Source of the DNA: Octopus sinensis
Lineage: Eukaryota
Length of the DNA: 64,000 nt
Direction of reading: 5' to 3'
Assembly: GCF_006345805.1 (NCBI RefSeq)
Contig: NC_043000.1
Span: forward strand, 123,070,001 to 123,134,000
Position numbers and translations under genes: made by a program. Shown here one piece after another: positions 13,583 through 25,915 of this stretch. The notes under the pieces were generated by a model. That model was given only the letters and a program-made list of their open reading frames with translations, was not told where the DNA came from and ran no database searches. Position 1 is the stretch's first letter. The number at the start of each line of letters is the position of its first letter.

Positions 13583-14303
13583 ATGGGACCCCATCCTATA
13601 TGGATGTTACTTTCGCTGAGTGCCATCACATTATGCGTGGCTTTTGATCTTCAGGGATCGAAACCTTCATACGCTAAGTTCACAAAATGGGAGCCTTGTG
13701 ACAATGGCACTCTGACTTTTCAATTCAAGACAGACCGCGGAGATGCATTATTAATGTATACAGACGGTGGAGAGGACTATGACTTCATGGAGCTAAAACT
13801 TGTTGACGGCACTTTGAAGTTGCGTTTCGACTTAGGAGGTGGTGCCATGATTATGTCTGTAGGTCAACGATTGAACAACATGCAGTGGCACACAGTAGAA
13901 ATTCAAAGAGCTAAAGCGCAAACCAATTTAGTCGTTAACAACATAGCTGAAACGATGGAGACAAAACCTTATGATATCGTAAGAGAAGAAGAAAACAAAG
14001 AGAGTTTTGTGTTTATAGGGGGTATGCCAATGGAATATGGAGCAAAACTGGATAGACTGGCTTTACCATCAGTGATATTTGAACCCCAGTTCCGAGGATC
14101 GATACAGAAAGTATTATACAGTAATTGTGGAGGGCCAATGGAAGCACCCTTAAGGTTAGAAGAAAGTGGCATACGAGGTACGGAGAAGGACCTTTGTTTA
14201 GAGAATGACCCTTGTCTCAACGGCGGTACCTGCCTTACAACGGATAAACGTGTTGTCTGTGAATGTACAGGGACCAGTTACATTGGTGACTTTTGTCAGA
14301 TCG
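13583..14303 (+). CDS. NRXN: Alpha-neurexin-like gene, first coding exon: signal peptide + laminin-G (LNS1) + EGF1
   Basis: ATG at 13583 starts MGPHPIWMLLSLSAITLCVA (hydrophobic signal-peptide-like). It is followed by FDLQGSKPSYAKFTKWEPC..FQFKTDRGDALLMYTD..DFMELKLVDG (LamG fold, resembling neurexin LNS1) and CLENDPCLNGGTC..CECTGTSYIGDFC (EGF). It ends at ATC G|GTAAGT, a phase-1 donor at 14304. Confidence 0.92.
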
Positions 14304-14529
14304 GTAAGTTATACTCTATATGATATTTATAACGATTTCTTGACGCATGGATGATTTTCAGAAATTATAGTTGAAGTGATTAATTTTACACATACGTATA
14401 AATATACATATATTTGTATGTGTCTGTGTGTATGTGTGTGTGCGTGCGCGCCTGCGTGTGTCTCTTTATTGTAACGCTGGGATTACACTCTACTACTACT
14501 TACACTTTCGCAATGGTATTTACACGCAA

Positions 14530-14569
14530 ACGTACATACATACATATAAACATACATACATACATACAT

Positions 14570-14601
<32 letters not shown>

Positions 14602-14826
14602 GCACATACATACATACATACATACATATAAACATACATACATACACACGTACACACGTACATACATACATACATACATACATACATACATACATACATA
14701 CATACACACGTACATACATACATACATACATACATACATACACACACACGTACATACATACATACATACATACATACATACATACGTACGTACGTACGTA
14801 CGTACGTACATACGTACGTACGTACG
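14530..14826. repeat. Compound (TACA)n/(TACG)n microsatellite 230 bp downstream of the exon
   Basis: Directly visible; representative of dozens of (TA)n, (CA)n, (CT)n, (GATA)n and (TAT)n tracts in the window. Confidence 0.95.
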
Positions 14827-14984
14827 CGCTCGCAATACGCCTACACACAATCCCATTTTATGCACTCATTCAACTATTTTTGTAACTCGTAAAAGTAGAG
14901 GAAAGGGCCAGAATCCATGAGGTATTTAGGTCCTCCGAGACTGGCAAGATTGGTGACGTTAATGTTTTGTTTCAACTTGTAACA

Positions 14985-15345
14985 ATTCAACACCAGCCAA
15001 AAGGATATGAAGGAGGATATTCCTGAGAGACGGTCAGCTCACTAGGAAGGATTGAATGATTGAACATAATGATTAAGGCTGGGAAAATGAGTGTTGAAAG
15101 TAACAAAAGTGACAAGAGTTGGAAAGCTGAGTGGTAAAAGAACGACACCTGACCGTTTCCAGGAACAGAAGCCATTAGAGTATCGATAGAATAGACAGAG
15201 AAGCGAGAGTCCGCTTGTGAGTCAAAGGTAGGAGTGTCTGTTCGTGATGGAATGCTCCTCAACGGAATGGGTCTCCGGTTATTGTTCAAACATGCAGATG
15301 TGGGCAACAGCAACACCGTTGTAAGTGTGGACGCAGAAATCCATT
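14985..15345 (-). mobile_element. CR1/Jockey-like LINE 3' relic
   Basis: Minus strand reads LLPLTHKRTLASL then (frameshift) LFYRYSNGFCS, matching the LxPLxHRRxVASLxLFYRYxHGxCS motif. Confidence 0.6.
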
Positions 15346-15366
15346 TAGGATTTTACTAAAACCTTG

Positions 15367-15792
15367 GGATCTTTTCGGTTTGAACGGCAGTTTTTTCTAG
15401 CGGTGTCATATGAAATTGTCACCCATAATTATGACCCTAGAATCGATCTATTGTATTTCAATCTCTTTTAGGGTTAGGGTTAGTTAGGGTTAGGGGTGGG
15501 GGAAGGGTATCTTTTTTTCTTCACAAATGTAAATAAACCCAATCTGTTTCTTAAACGGGGGACATATTCATACGGCACAGAATGCTTTTTAACTCAATAG
15601 ACGTCACTGATTGGTTGAAATTGCAGAAATTGAAGAAAAAAAACAACAAATATCTTACAAACTATAGAATTTTCTCAATAAAGCCAAGAGAAAAAGATGC
15701 TTTATAAACACATTCTACAAGTATACGAAGTTTAAAATTTTTTAGTTACCTAGAAATTATGTTAAAAATTGCCGTTCAAACCGAAAAGATCC
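15367..15792. mobile_element. Non-autonomous TIR element (MITE) with internal TTAGGG-like repeats
   Basis: TIR GGATCTTTTCGGTTTGAACGGCA vs TGCCGTTCAAACCGAAAAGATCC; no clear TSD. Confidence 0.85.
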
Positions 15793-17106
15793 GAACCTGT
15801 CAACACTTGTAAGGGGCTAAAATATCATATATCCCAAAACAGTAGAGCTAGTCATTGGGATGTGGTCATAAGAATGTGCTTTCCCGTGAGAGATCCTCGG
15901 TAATAAGCATGTACATGCGCACACCTAAAATATACACACATACAAATGTGTGAGCATGTATATATGTGTTTTATTACAAACATTTATATATGTATACATC
16001 GACAAACATGCACACGCACGTGTGTGTTGAAGAGAGGTAGATAAATTGATAGACATACGGACAAGGAGACAATTATACGTGTGGACGTATATCTGTAACT
16101 ATCTATCTAAATCGAACATATATATATGAAAACGATATTTTAGATTTAAAATTTAAGAAAAACAAACAATAAAAGTTTGTTATGTCGTAATGCTTCAAAT
16201 CGACTTCAAACATTTTTCATAAATTCAAGGTATATATTATATTTGTTTCCTCATTCCACTGCATTTGTCTCCTCCGAATATATGCCATTGATTTGACGAC
16301 TTCTCTTAATGGAGGGGAATGAGTTTTTTTTTTACGTGCTGCTGCTTATTGAAGCTTATTGAAGATGTGTGTCAAATCGTTTATATTCATAATGTTCTTT
16401 CGTCTCTCTCTTTCTCTCCATGTAGCTCTAGCTTTGCTTTTTAAAAGGATGTTTCCGATCGAAAATTCAAAGGGAAAAAAAACAATAAAACATAATTTTA
16501 TTAAATTGCATTGTTTCACTTTCAAATGTGTGCAAATCTTTGTATGCGTCACATACTGAGATAATACTGTACGCATGTTTACTATTGCTACACTTTGCAT
16601 CTTCTTTCATTCTTGGCACACACACAAACACATACATAAATGCATGGATAAATACATGCAAACGAAGGAGTACTGAAAAGTTTCTGGCTTTAAGGGTGTC
16701 ACGAAAGGCCTGGCTAGAGACCCAAATTTCAGAGTTCTTTCATAGAGCTCAGAAAACTGAAGGACTGTTGCAATAAGTGTGTGAATCTGAGAATAAATCT
16801 GTTGAATAAAATTATAATTAATTGATCCTCCTGTATTTTCTTTTACCCCTAGCCAGGAATTTTTCGGTACCCCTTCGTCACATATGCATATATATTCATG
16901 TACTGTTTTTATTTTCCCCTCTATATTTATGTATATTTGTCTTATATATATATTTTTATAATTATTTTTGAGTTGGCCTATTTACCATCCAATGGCTTAT
17001 CATTTATATTTTATGTTATAAATATCGTACCCTGCCTATCATAATATTAGCTACGCAATCAGTGGTAAACGCAAGACTAATAATTCACAGTTATCTCAGA
17101 TATAGT

Positions 17107-17444
17107 GAAGGCGCGTGGCTCAGTGGTTAAAGCGCCGAGCTTACGATCGGGAGGTTGTGAGCTCGAATCCTGGACCGGGCTGCGTGTTGTGTTCTTGAGC
17201 AAGACACTTTATTTCACGTTGCTCCAGTTCACTCAGCTATAGAAATGAGTTGCGACGTCACAGGTGCCAAGCTGTATCGGCCCCTTTGCCTTTCCCTTGG
17301 ATAACACGGGTGGCGTGGAGAGGGGAGGCCGGTATGCATGGGCGACTGCTGGTCTTCCATAAACAACCAAGCCCGGACTTGTACCTGGCAGGGTAACTTT
17401 CTAGGTGCAATTCCATGGTCTGTGTCGTGACCGAAGGGGGTCTC
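17107..17444 (+). mobile_element. tRNA-derived SINE family D with 12-bp TSD
   Basis: TGGCTCAGTGG A box, CTCGAATCC B box, CTTGAGCAAGACAC core; ATCTCAGATATA on both flanks. Confidence 0.88.
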
Positions 17445-17711
17445 AGATCTCAGATATATAAAAAATTACGATTTAGTCTCTACTTTTGTACTCCGTACAT
17501 TTTTTAGTTTATAAACTCAAACGCACATAAGTGTGTATGCATGACGTAGTGTGTGTGTGCCTACTTATACACATGTATGCATACGTCTCAAATTGACGTG
17601 ATATGCATGTTTACTAATAATACATTGTGCATTTTTGTATGAGTGTATGTATATGTGTGTGTCTTACGTGTGTACGTGAATGCATACATATAATCACGCA
17701 CATAAGCCTCT

Positions 17712-17755
<44 letters not shown>

Positions 17756-17785
17756 GCGTGTGTGTGTGTTATGAATTTACTCAGA

Positions 17786-18441
17786 AGAAAGGAAGAAATT
17801 GTTCCCTAGTTTATTTGTTTATTTATATACAGGTAGAGAAAGTCTAAATTTTGTCAGGAAATGAACTGAAATGAAATGAAATGAAGTGAAACAAAATAAA
17901 ATAAAATAAAATATTTACGTCATTACATTTAAGATTTTTCTAGCGCTTGACAAGGCTTCTACCTCTACCAAAGGGAGAAGTTTAATTTCCTTTATATACA
18001 GAAAAGTAAATTCATATGAAAGCTGTGATGGTGTGACGCGAATTGAATAGAGCGATGCAGTCACGTGACATTTTAAGGCTAACTACGATAGTGTGTATTA
18101 TTATGTTCTCTCTGATGTTCGGTCATCAGTGAACACCAATACGCAAGCAGTAGAATGAGCACGACGATTGACACCGCTATCATAGTTAGCCTTAAAATGT
18201 CAAGTGAGTGTTTTGCGCTATTCAATTCGTACCATCCCATCCCTCATATAAACCTACTTCCTCTATTTTGTAAAGGCACAAGCACTCCTAAGCGTGATAC
18301 AAATTCTTTAAACTAAAAACGAATATTTTATTTATTTTACCTCGTTTTGCGTCATTTCATTCCATTTCATTTCATCTCGAAAAATTTTAAAACTTTCTAT
18401 ATCTGTATATCAACAAACTAAGGAACAATTCCTTCATTTCT
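17786..18441. repeat. Older degenerate inverted repeat / fold-back MITE
   Basis: Paired segments include GAAATTGTTCCCTAG vs CTAAGGAACAATTCC, (GAAAT)n vs (ATTTC)n, and GACATTTTAAGGCTAACTA vs TAGTTAGCCTTAAAATGTC; spacer ~75 bp. Confidence 0.8.
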
Positions 18442-18504
18442 TATTATTACGTTTATATATTGTTTTGCAAGATTCTTGATGTGAAATCGTGTGTTGAAAC
18501 AGAT

Positions 18505-18856
18505 GTTATATTTAGGAATGGTCATTTTGCCAGTTTAGTCAATAAAAACACACGCACTATATATTTGGTGTTAATTTGCTTCAGCTTTATTATTTTTTAC
18601 ATTAATCTTAATCTTATTTCGTTACACTTCTGTGACCTCATCAGTGGTCCTTTGCTTTCTTCTTTTTTATTTGTGTGAAGAAAGCAAAGGACCACTGATG
18701 AGGTCACAGAAGTGTGACGAAAGAACTCTGGCCGAAATAAGATTAAGATTAATGTAAAAAATAAATAAAGCTGAAGAAAATTAACACCATATATACAGTG
18801 CGTGTGTTTTTTTTTTTTTTGGCTAAACTGGCAAAATGACCATTCCTAAATACAAC
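18505..18856. repeat. 352-bp fold-back inverted repeat with a 14-nt loop
   Basis: Arms 18505-18662 and 18677-18856. The right arm has 15 extra nt between two CGAAA copies. Confidence 0.93.
18689..18733 (+). ncRNA. Minimal type I hammerhead ribozyme motif
   Basis: GGACCA-CUGAUGA-G-GUCAC(AGAAGU)GUGAC-GAAA-GAACUC|UGGCC. Core intact, 5-bp stem II, 2-bp stem III with a 2-nt loop (would need dimerisation), CUC triplet, stem I GGACCA/UGGCC with one bulge. Confidence 0.6.
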
Positions 18857-19224
18857 AAAGTCTTATTATTATTACTAATCTGCACAATCAAAACCGTTTT
18901 ATTCCTATACGTGTGTGAGTTTCTAGTTGTCTCATTTTTCATGAGTCAGAAAAGAACTGGCACTCACAAATTAGGTAATAGAGAAGATTTATTATTATTT
19001 ATATAATATCAAATACTCATAACAGCCAACTTAATATCAAATGGTTTAATGCCGAAAAAAATGTAAAGGCAAATTTAGCAATCAACAGACATAGCTGTGT
19101 AGAAAAGTATGCACAGGGCGCTTTGCTACTTGAGCAATGGCTAACCTTTTGGTAAGAACGTAAGTTGACAGTCATGAAACTATAGTATTATATAAATAAT
19201 CGAAATTATATATACAAACATGAA

Positions 19225-19580
19225 ATTTATGTGTCAGCCTCATAGTTCCAAGTTCAGTCCTGGTGCCTAGCATCTTGGGCAAGTATCATCTACTATAGCC
19301 CCGGGCTGACCAAAACTTTGTGTGTGGATTTGGTAAAGAGAACTGAAAGACAACTGTTGTGTATATGTATGTATGCGTTTTCTGTGTTTTTGTGTCCTAT
19401 CAACGCTTGACAACCGATGTTAGCTTGCTTACGTCCCCGTAACTTAGTGGTTTGACAAAAGAGACCAACAGAACAAATACCAAGCAATAAAATACAAGTA
19501 CCGGGGTCGATTTCCGTGAGTAACCCTTCAATGCGGTACCCGAGCATGGCCGTACATCCAAGGACTGAAACGAGTGAAAG
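19225..19580 (+). mobile_element. SINE family A, decayed
   Basis: CTTGGGCAAGT core and ACGTCCCCGTAACTTAG segment. Confidence 0.8.
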
Positions 19581-22500
19581 TTTAAATGTACGTGTGTGTG
19601 TGTGTGTGTGTGTGTGTATTCAAGAAGTATATTTCATTTGCTCAAGAAGATAATTATGATGGATTTTATAGTCACAGATGTCTTAGTAAGTTATAAAATC
19701 AATGTGTTAATCGTCAAACACTTATTTCTCCTCAATTTTAAGGAAACCTTTATTCTTGTAAACATTTTTAAGAAGTAATTAAATGTTCTTACAATATTAT
19801 GGTCCTGTAAATTCCAAAATTTTTATATCAATTATCTAGGGTGTACAATTAAAAGCATATTCTTAAAATAGCTTTTCAAATCATTCTTCAACTAATTCCT
19901 CTTAAAAATCGATGGAATAGCTTTAGTTTATATTTTACAAAAATTGCTGTCATTTATGAACAAAAACTGTCTTGGGACAGTAACAACTGCCTATTAGAAT
20001 GAGAGCATAATTTTTAGTTTGAGATTATAACAGAAATTAGATTAAAAACTGGTCTCAGTACTCGGTGTGTTAGTGGCATACTTGGTACTTATTGTTGAAG
20101 CAATATTTTTGTAAAAGTTGTTAAAATGTAATTATGTTCTACGATGCGAATCTTTCAGTTAGTATTTTCTTTTTTGAATTGTCTAAACGGAAAATTACGA
20201 AGTCATTATAATTTAGAGAAATAAAACAGAAAGGGTTTATGATATTTTCATGATAATAATTTTGTTGAAAATGTGGTTTTCTTCATTGTTAAAGAAAAAA
20301 TAGCGTTATTAGTTCGCGACATTGTTTATTCAATTTCAACATGACACAATTGAAAAATTCTTTTAAACGAAAATAAAAATAGTTTAAAAGGTTGTATAAA
20401 TTTTTGTAGTCAAATATTATCTCTTTAAATCACGAAACTACTGTCATTTCTTTAGTTTATAATCTCCATTAACTTTTATGTCGAGAAGACACACATTCCA
20501 TAAACATGAATGACCATATAACTGGCAGAAAGGGATATGCTACAACTGCTAGGAAATAATATACTGAACTGGTAACCTATTTTATAGGAAAACTGAGAAA
20601 GCAGTTCGTATCTCAATTTACATTTACTTCACCTACTCATAGCATTAAAGGATTTAATTCTGTAGAATCAATGAATCAATATATAAACCATTAGTTTATC
20701 GAAAATACGCTCAACTATTTTATTAAGGAAAATAGCCTTACAATTATTTCTTTAGTTCCTGAGTTTAGGAAATTGATCAATTTCTGTGAATATGCTTGAG
20801 AGAGGGAGAGATATACAGAGAGGAAGAGAGGGAGAGAAACAGATAAAGAGAGAGAGAGATAAAGAGAGAGAGACAGAGAGAAAGACATAGAATCCAACTA
20901 ACCTGGTCCATTCCTTCAATCTTGCTTTGATCTGTGTCAAATTCAAGAATCATTACAAATTTCTACTACCTTCTCTCAACCACTTGTCAATGTGTGTAAG
21001 CTTTCAATAATTTTTACACTAATTTTCTTTTATTTCCGTAATAGTATCCTCGTAAATGTGTAGAAATCTATCAATTATTTTGTAGGTTAATTTTCTTTTA
21101 TTTCTATAATGGTGTTCCGGTAAGTTGGAAGTAGTTATTCTTCCATCTACGAAATTGGAAATTGCGTTTATTTGAGGAAAGGACACTCTTATGATGTTAA
21201 GTTGTAGAGAAAATTGGCAAAGTGAACATGTAATTTTCAAAGGCTAACTTTTCATCTTTATAATCAGGAAAAGAGAAAATATCGAATTAAAGAGTTTAAC
21301 GGATCACTTTCTGCGTTCAAGAGTCAGGGTGAATGTATTTGTGAGTTTCGTTAAAACAAAAACGCGTGGTGCAGTTACAGATTCTGGGGGGAAAGCTCTG
21401 AAGCGTGAAGAAAACAACTGAGAGGGTTTTTTTGTTTTTTATTTTGTTACTCGGAAGACTAACACGAAATAAGTAGATTATGATCTTTTACGGTGCATAG
21501 CAATGGAATTTCGCATATTATAATCATAGAATCGGAAACTGGGAGCTGTCGCTTCTATAACTGGGTTTCCATTCATACTTGAAGCTATATTTTATCATAT
21601 TTATATCGCTAATGCTTTTGAGATAAGCATAATAGTCACTAATCGTATCTCTAACTCACCAGCGTCAACAGAATTGATCATTCATTGACTTTGAAGGGTT
21701 AAACATTTGACTATTTCACAATTAACACATGATATACTAAAAGAATGATTGATTGATTAATGCCACTAATAGCCTATTTGTACAGCACAGATACAGTGTA
21801 CAATAAAGCAGAGAGATAGAGTGATAGTGCTGACAGAATAATGGAACTATGATATTAATTACCAAGTATATAAAACCTTGAAAGTAATAGCCACGGATGT
21901 GGAATGGTTCTACAAATGACAGAATATACGTATAGAACCATGTAGTAAATACATAATATATGGAACTGGAACTATGGTAGTTGTGTCTGAATGTATAAAA
22001 TCATGGTAGTGAATTCAATATAAATCACCGGAGTCCGAAGAAACTAGTGATAGTCTACGTCTGCACAAATCAATATAGTTCAGAGAATAGAATACGTTTG
22101 TATGTCGTATAGAAAAGAGAATAATTCGATAAGGACCAGTATGCTGGAAAGTTGTATATAAAAATGAAGAGAAAAAGAAAGGTGAAAGGGAATATGACCA
22201 GACAGAAAGAATGGTGGTAGGTCAAAGAGCAGAGCAATGATGAGAAATAGCGGCTGGAAGTAAAAGAGAAGTGTTACAATGTTAGTAAATGTCGAATGCA
22301 TAAAACCAAGATAATAAAGGCCGGATATGAAGAATGATAGTAGTTGTGAACGAATGAAATATATCATCTCCCGTTGTGCTACGTTATGTTAGATATATTT
22401 TCTTAAAATGCATATAAATTGAATGCATTTATTCAGACGGTTGTTACCAAATAACAATATATTTTAACTGAGACGCATAAAAAACATCAAAATTAGTAAC

Positions 22501-23056
22501 AGACTGCTAATTCTATCATTGTTTTCAAGTAAAGCGGCAAAGCATTTCAACAACCAAAGGCCGAGACAATGAAAATAGAAACAGGAAAAAAAAAAGCCAT
22601 TAGTTGCTAATGTATATGAAAATAATGACTTGTTCGGTTTCCTCTTTGTAAACATTTGATTTCCATGTGCAATAGTGGCCCTTTGAAATAGGATTTAGCA
22701 ATTATCTATCGATTCATATTTGCAAGAGAAGGAAAATAAGGAAGGGGGCTCCTGCAAACTAATAATTATTCATGACAAAACCGCTTTATCCTTGACATAC
22801 AATATGTACTTATATGCAAAATTTCAGTACCTTGACGTAAACGCTTTACACGTATCGATAAGCACGCTTTTACACACACACACACTCCAACGCAAACACG
22901 AGTGAGCGTACATGAGTGTGTGCGAGAGGATGTATCTATGTAAGTAAGCGAAGCTATATATGTGTGTGTGTGTGTGTGCGTGTGTGTGTGTGTGTGCATG
23001 TATATATGTGTATATATATATGTGTATATATATATATATATGTGTATATATGTATA

Positions 23057-23120
<64 letters not shown>

Positions 23121-23132
23121 ATATATATATAG

Positions 23133-23388
23133 TGAAGGCGTGTGGCTTAGTGGTTAGGGCATTCAGCTCACGATTGTAAGGTCGTGAGTTCAATTCCCGG
23201 CGATGCGTTGTGTCCTTGAGTAAGACACCTTATTTCACGTTGCTCCAGTCCACTCAGCGGGCAGAAATGAGTTGTACCTGTGTCACGCTGAATCTCCCAG
23301 AGAACTACGTTAGGGGTTCAGTCACTTGCACGTTAATTTCGCGAGCAAGCTGTTCCGTTGATCGTGTCAGCTGGGACCCTCGTCGTTG
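23133..23388 (+). mobile_element. SINE related to family D (same head and core, different tail)
   Basis: TGGCTTAGTGG..GTTCAATTCC..CTTGAGTAAGACACCTTATTTCACGTTGCTCCAG, embedded in (TA)n. Confidence 0.82.
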
Positions 23389-23389
23389 T

Positions 23390-23435
<46 letters not shown>

Positions 23436-24849
23436 ATCGTTTCATTACAAATTTCAATTTGTTTCGATCATGTTGACAAGATAGTAAAACTTATATCACA
23501 GTTTGTAATAAAATGTTTAAATAAACAAATAAATATTCTTTGTGTTTCAAGATATTTAGCCATTTATTTGTGACTAATATTGATATACTTTAAGTATGTC
23601 ATCGCGTATCGTTTGCACGCGGCGCATTGATGACGCTTCACTGAAAGTCTTCCCGATAAAGCGCGTGTTCTCCAACTGTATTGCCACTCTTGTCTAGCTC
23701 TCTGCAGGCCTGAGCAACATGACTGCTCAAAGAGCAATTCACTACCTCACCGATACACGAAGTAGCTGAGCTAACATATTTTCAACACCTGGAGAAATAA
23801 CAACCATCAATAACTTGGACATAGAAGAAACTAATGCAAAAGTGATCATAGACGGGCGGTAGACTTCATGTTTTGCCTGGTTTAACTCCTGATTCTTGGG
23901 TATTCTGTTACTGCGAAGGCAATGAGTACTTGGATAATGTTTTTAAACAGCTACAAATTATGTGGGTTAAACCTCTCCCAAATTTTTAGTTTTTTTTTCC
24001 CCATTTCACTTACTTTCATACGTGAGGTGTCTGTAAATTATCACTTTTTTTCTCCGACAAGATCTTTTGAAATCTTATTTATACTACAACTGTTCTGTGC
24101 ATCTCTTTGCGAGCAATCTAAATCTGTAGATAGAGTTTTTTTTGTTTGTCTGTTTTTTTTTTAATATCCATTATTGATTATTGTTTAGATGTCGTTTCTA
24201 AAACGTGTTTACTGGGAAAATTCACTTCAACCCGAAGGCTAATACTTTTTATCCTGAATGTATAACTGTCCTGTTTAGATTGATGTCTGATATTCAGCGG
24301 GGATAACTTCAGTATGACAATGACATATATTTTGTTTTTTACCTCTTGACCTTTACTTCCGTTAATAATAAAGTCATTCAATGTCTCTTTTGATGTAGTT
24401 AAGTGTCTGAATACATATGGTTCCGATTTCTTCAAGCATCTGCTTTAAAATTCTAAATGTTAGTATAAAGAAATATACTATAGATATTCAATATGTTGAA
24501 CGAATAGCGCTACGAATACACAATCCTCGTATGTATTGTAATATTCTTTTTTACAAAGTTGTTTTTATATATTTTCCTAAAAGCACCATTGTAAGATATA
24601 TTTCTTATGAATATCAAAGTGACATGATTGTTCGACCTAAAAAAAATAACAACAAAATTTCCCTTAAATTATCCCTTACAGTCTTAAAAAGGGAAAAGGA
24701 CACATTGAATAATGTAGTCCTAGATGTCCTTTGTGCGTGGAAAAGGGCAGGCAGGTCATGGCTGCAATGCTTCTCCTCATAGGATTGTTCAAGGCTAGAC
24801 TGGAACTTAACCACAATTCATAACGTTCAAACAGCAGAGACACTTAGTT

Positions 24850-25422
24850 TCTTTGGCCTCCTCCAGCCTTCAGCTGGTTCATCTTTCAGATCACTCCATC
24901 TGACAGAAAATTTCCAACCCATGGGTTGGCCGATAATCTATCAATTCGGTTTCAGTTATTCACACCCACCCCCGACACATCACACACACACACACACACA
25001 ATCTTCATCTGGCACATTAACGACCTACTTACTGTGACCTCTAACAACATTCGCTCTTATTCCGTCGACTCTTTTCAACAGTCCTTAATGTTACATAAAC
25101 AAGCGCCCTCCTTATGCAGCCTAGTTATTTAGCGTCAGTCCATTATTGTTTCCAGGAAATAAGACCACTGAAATAATTTCCAATGAAATTATGATAATGT
25201 ACAGTCTTTCCACAATACAAAAATACAAACAGTGCACCAAACATACAAAACTATATCTTACCTCCCCACCAAGTGTTGGACAACATGCGATTCATATCGT
25301 TAAGCTCGTTGCAAATGCTCTGAGGATTACCTGCTGACCTCGCACTCGTAACATAGACAAAACTGTATCCGAAAGCTAAGTTTTCTCTTCAAGTTTAGGA
25401 AATATTTCATCTTCTATCTGTT

Positions 25423-25465
<43 letters not shown>

Positions 25466-25915
25466 CTCTCTCTCCCTCTCTCTCTCCCTTCCCCTCTCTC
25501 TCTCCCCCTTCCTCTCTCTCTCTCTCCCTATCTATATCTCTGCACCTGAAATATGCGCCCATATCTTGGACATTTACACTATCATCACTGACCGTACCTA
25601 AAAGAAAAACCATCCGATTGATGCCAAAGATGCATCCCCGAACACTAGAAATTCTAACCAACAGACTTGCAATCTCTTCGCTCTTCCATCTATATCCCTA
25701 CAACAAAGTCCTCTCCTCGAAAGTAGCTAATTTCACACCACTTCTTCCCACACACTCCATCCATGCCTAACCTCTCTTCACCTATATAGCATCTCACACT
25801 TGCGAATCTGCACAAACCACTTTTCCTGATCCTTACTTCCCGTAGCTGCAACTCTCCCCCTGGAATTCCTTCAACCCTTACGTTCTCCCAGAAAACGTTG
25901 ACTTGTCTGAACATC
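24850..25915 (+). mobile_element. CR1/Jockey-like LINE RT relic interrupted by (CT)n
   Basis: FIWHINDLLTVTSNNIRSYSVDS (decayed YADD region), KLSFLFKFRKYF, PWNSFNPYVLPENVDL. Confidence 0.6.

Noticed and set aside
14414-14920. Long ORFs of YI, HT and MYVC repeats here and at 3040, 8376, 22916, 34358, 45843 and elsewhere
   Set aside because: These are translations of microsatellites that lack stop codons, not genes.
15475-15500. TTAGGG repeats as an interstitial telomere or fusion scar
   Set aside because: Only a few units, lying inside a TIR-bounded MITE.
17107-17175. tRNA-like sequences with A and B boxes here and at 546, 8910 and 23133
   Set aside because: They lack a complete cloverleaf and continue into SINE cores and tails; they are SINE heads.
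18105-18135. CUGAUGA on the minus strand in the spacer of the degenerate palindrome
   Set aside because: No stem II, GAAC rather than GAAA, and it is explained by a simple local hairpin.
24650-24830. VLDVLCAW.. read resembling the RT motif LDxxKAFD
   Set aside because: The DNA matches a dispersed non-coding repeat also present at ~2250, ~5890, ~11110 and ~44445.
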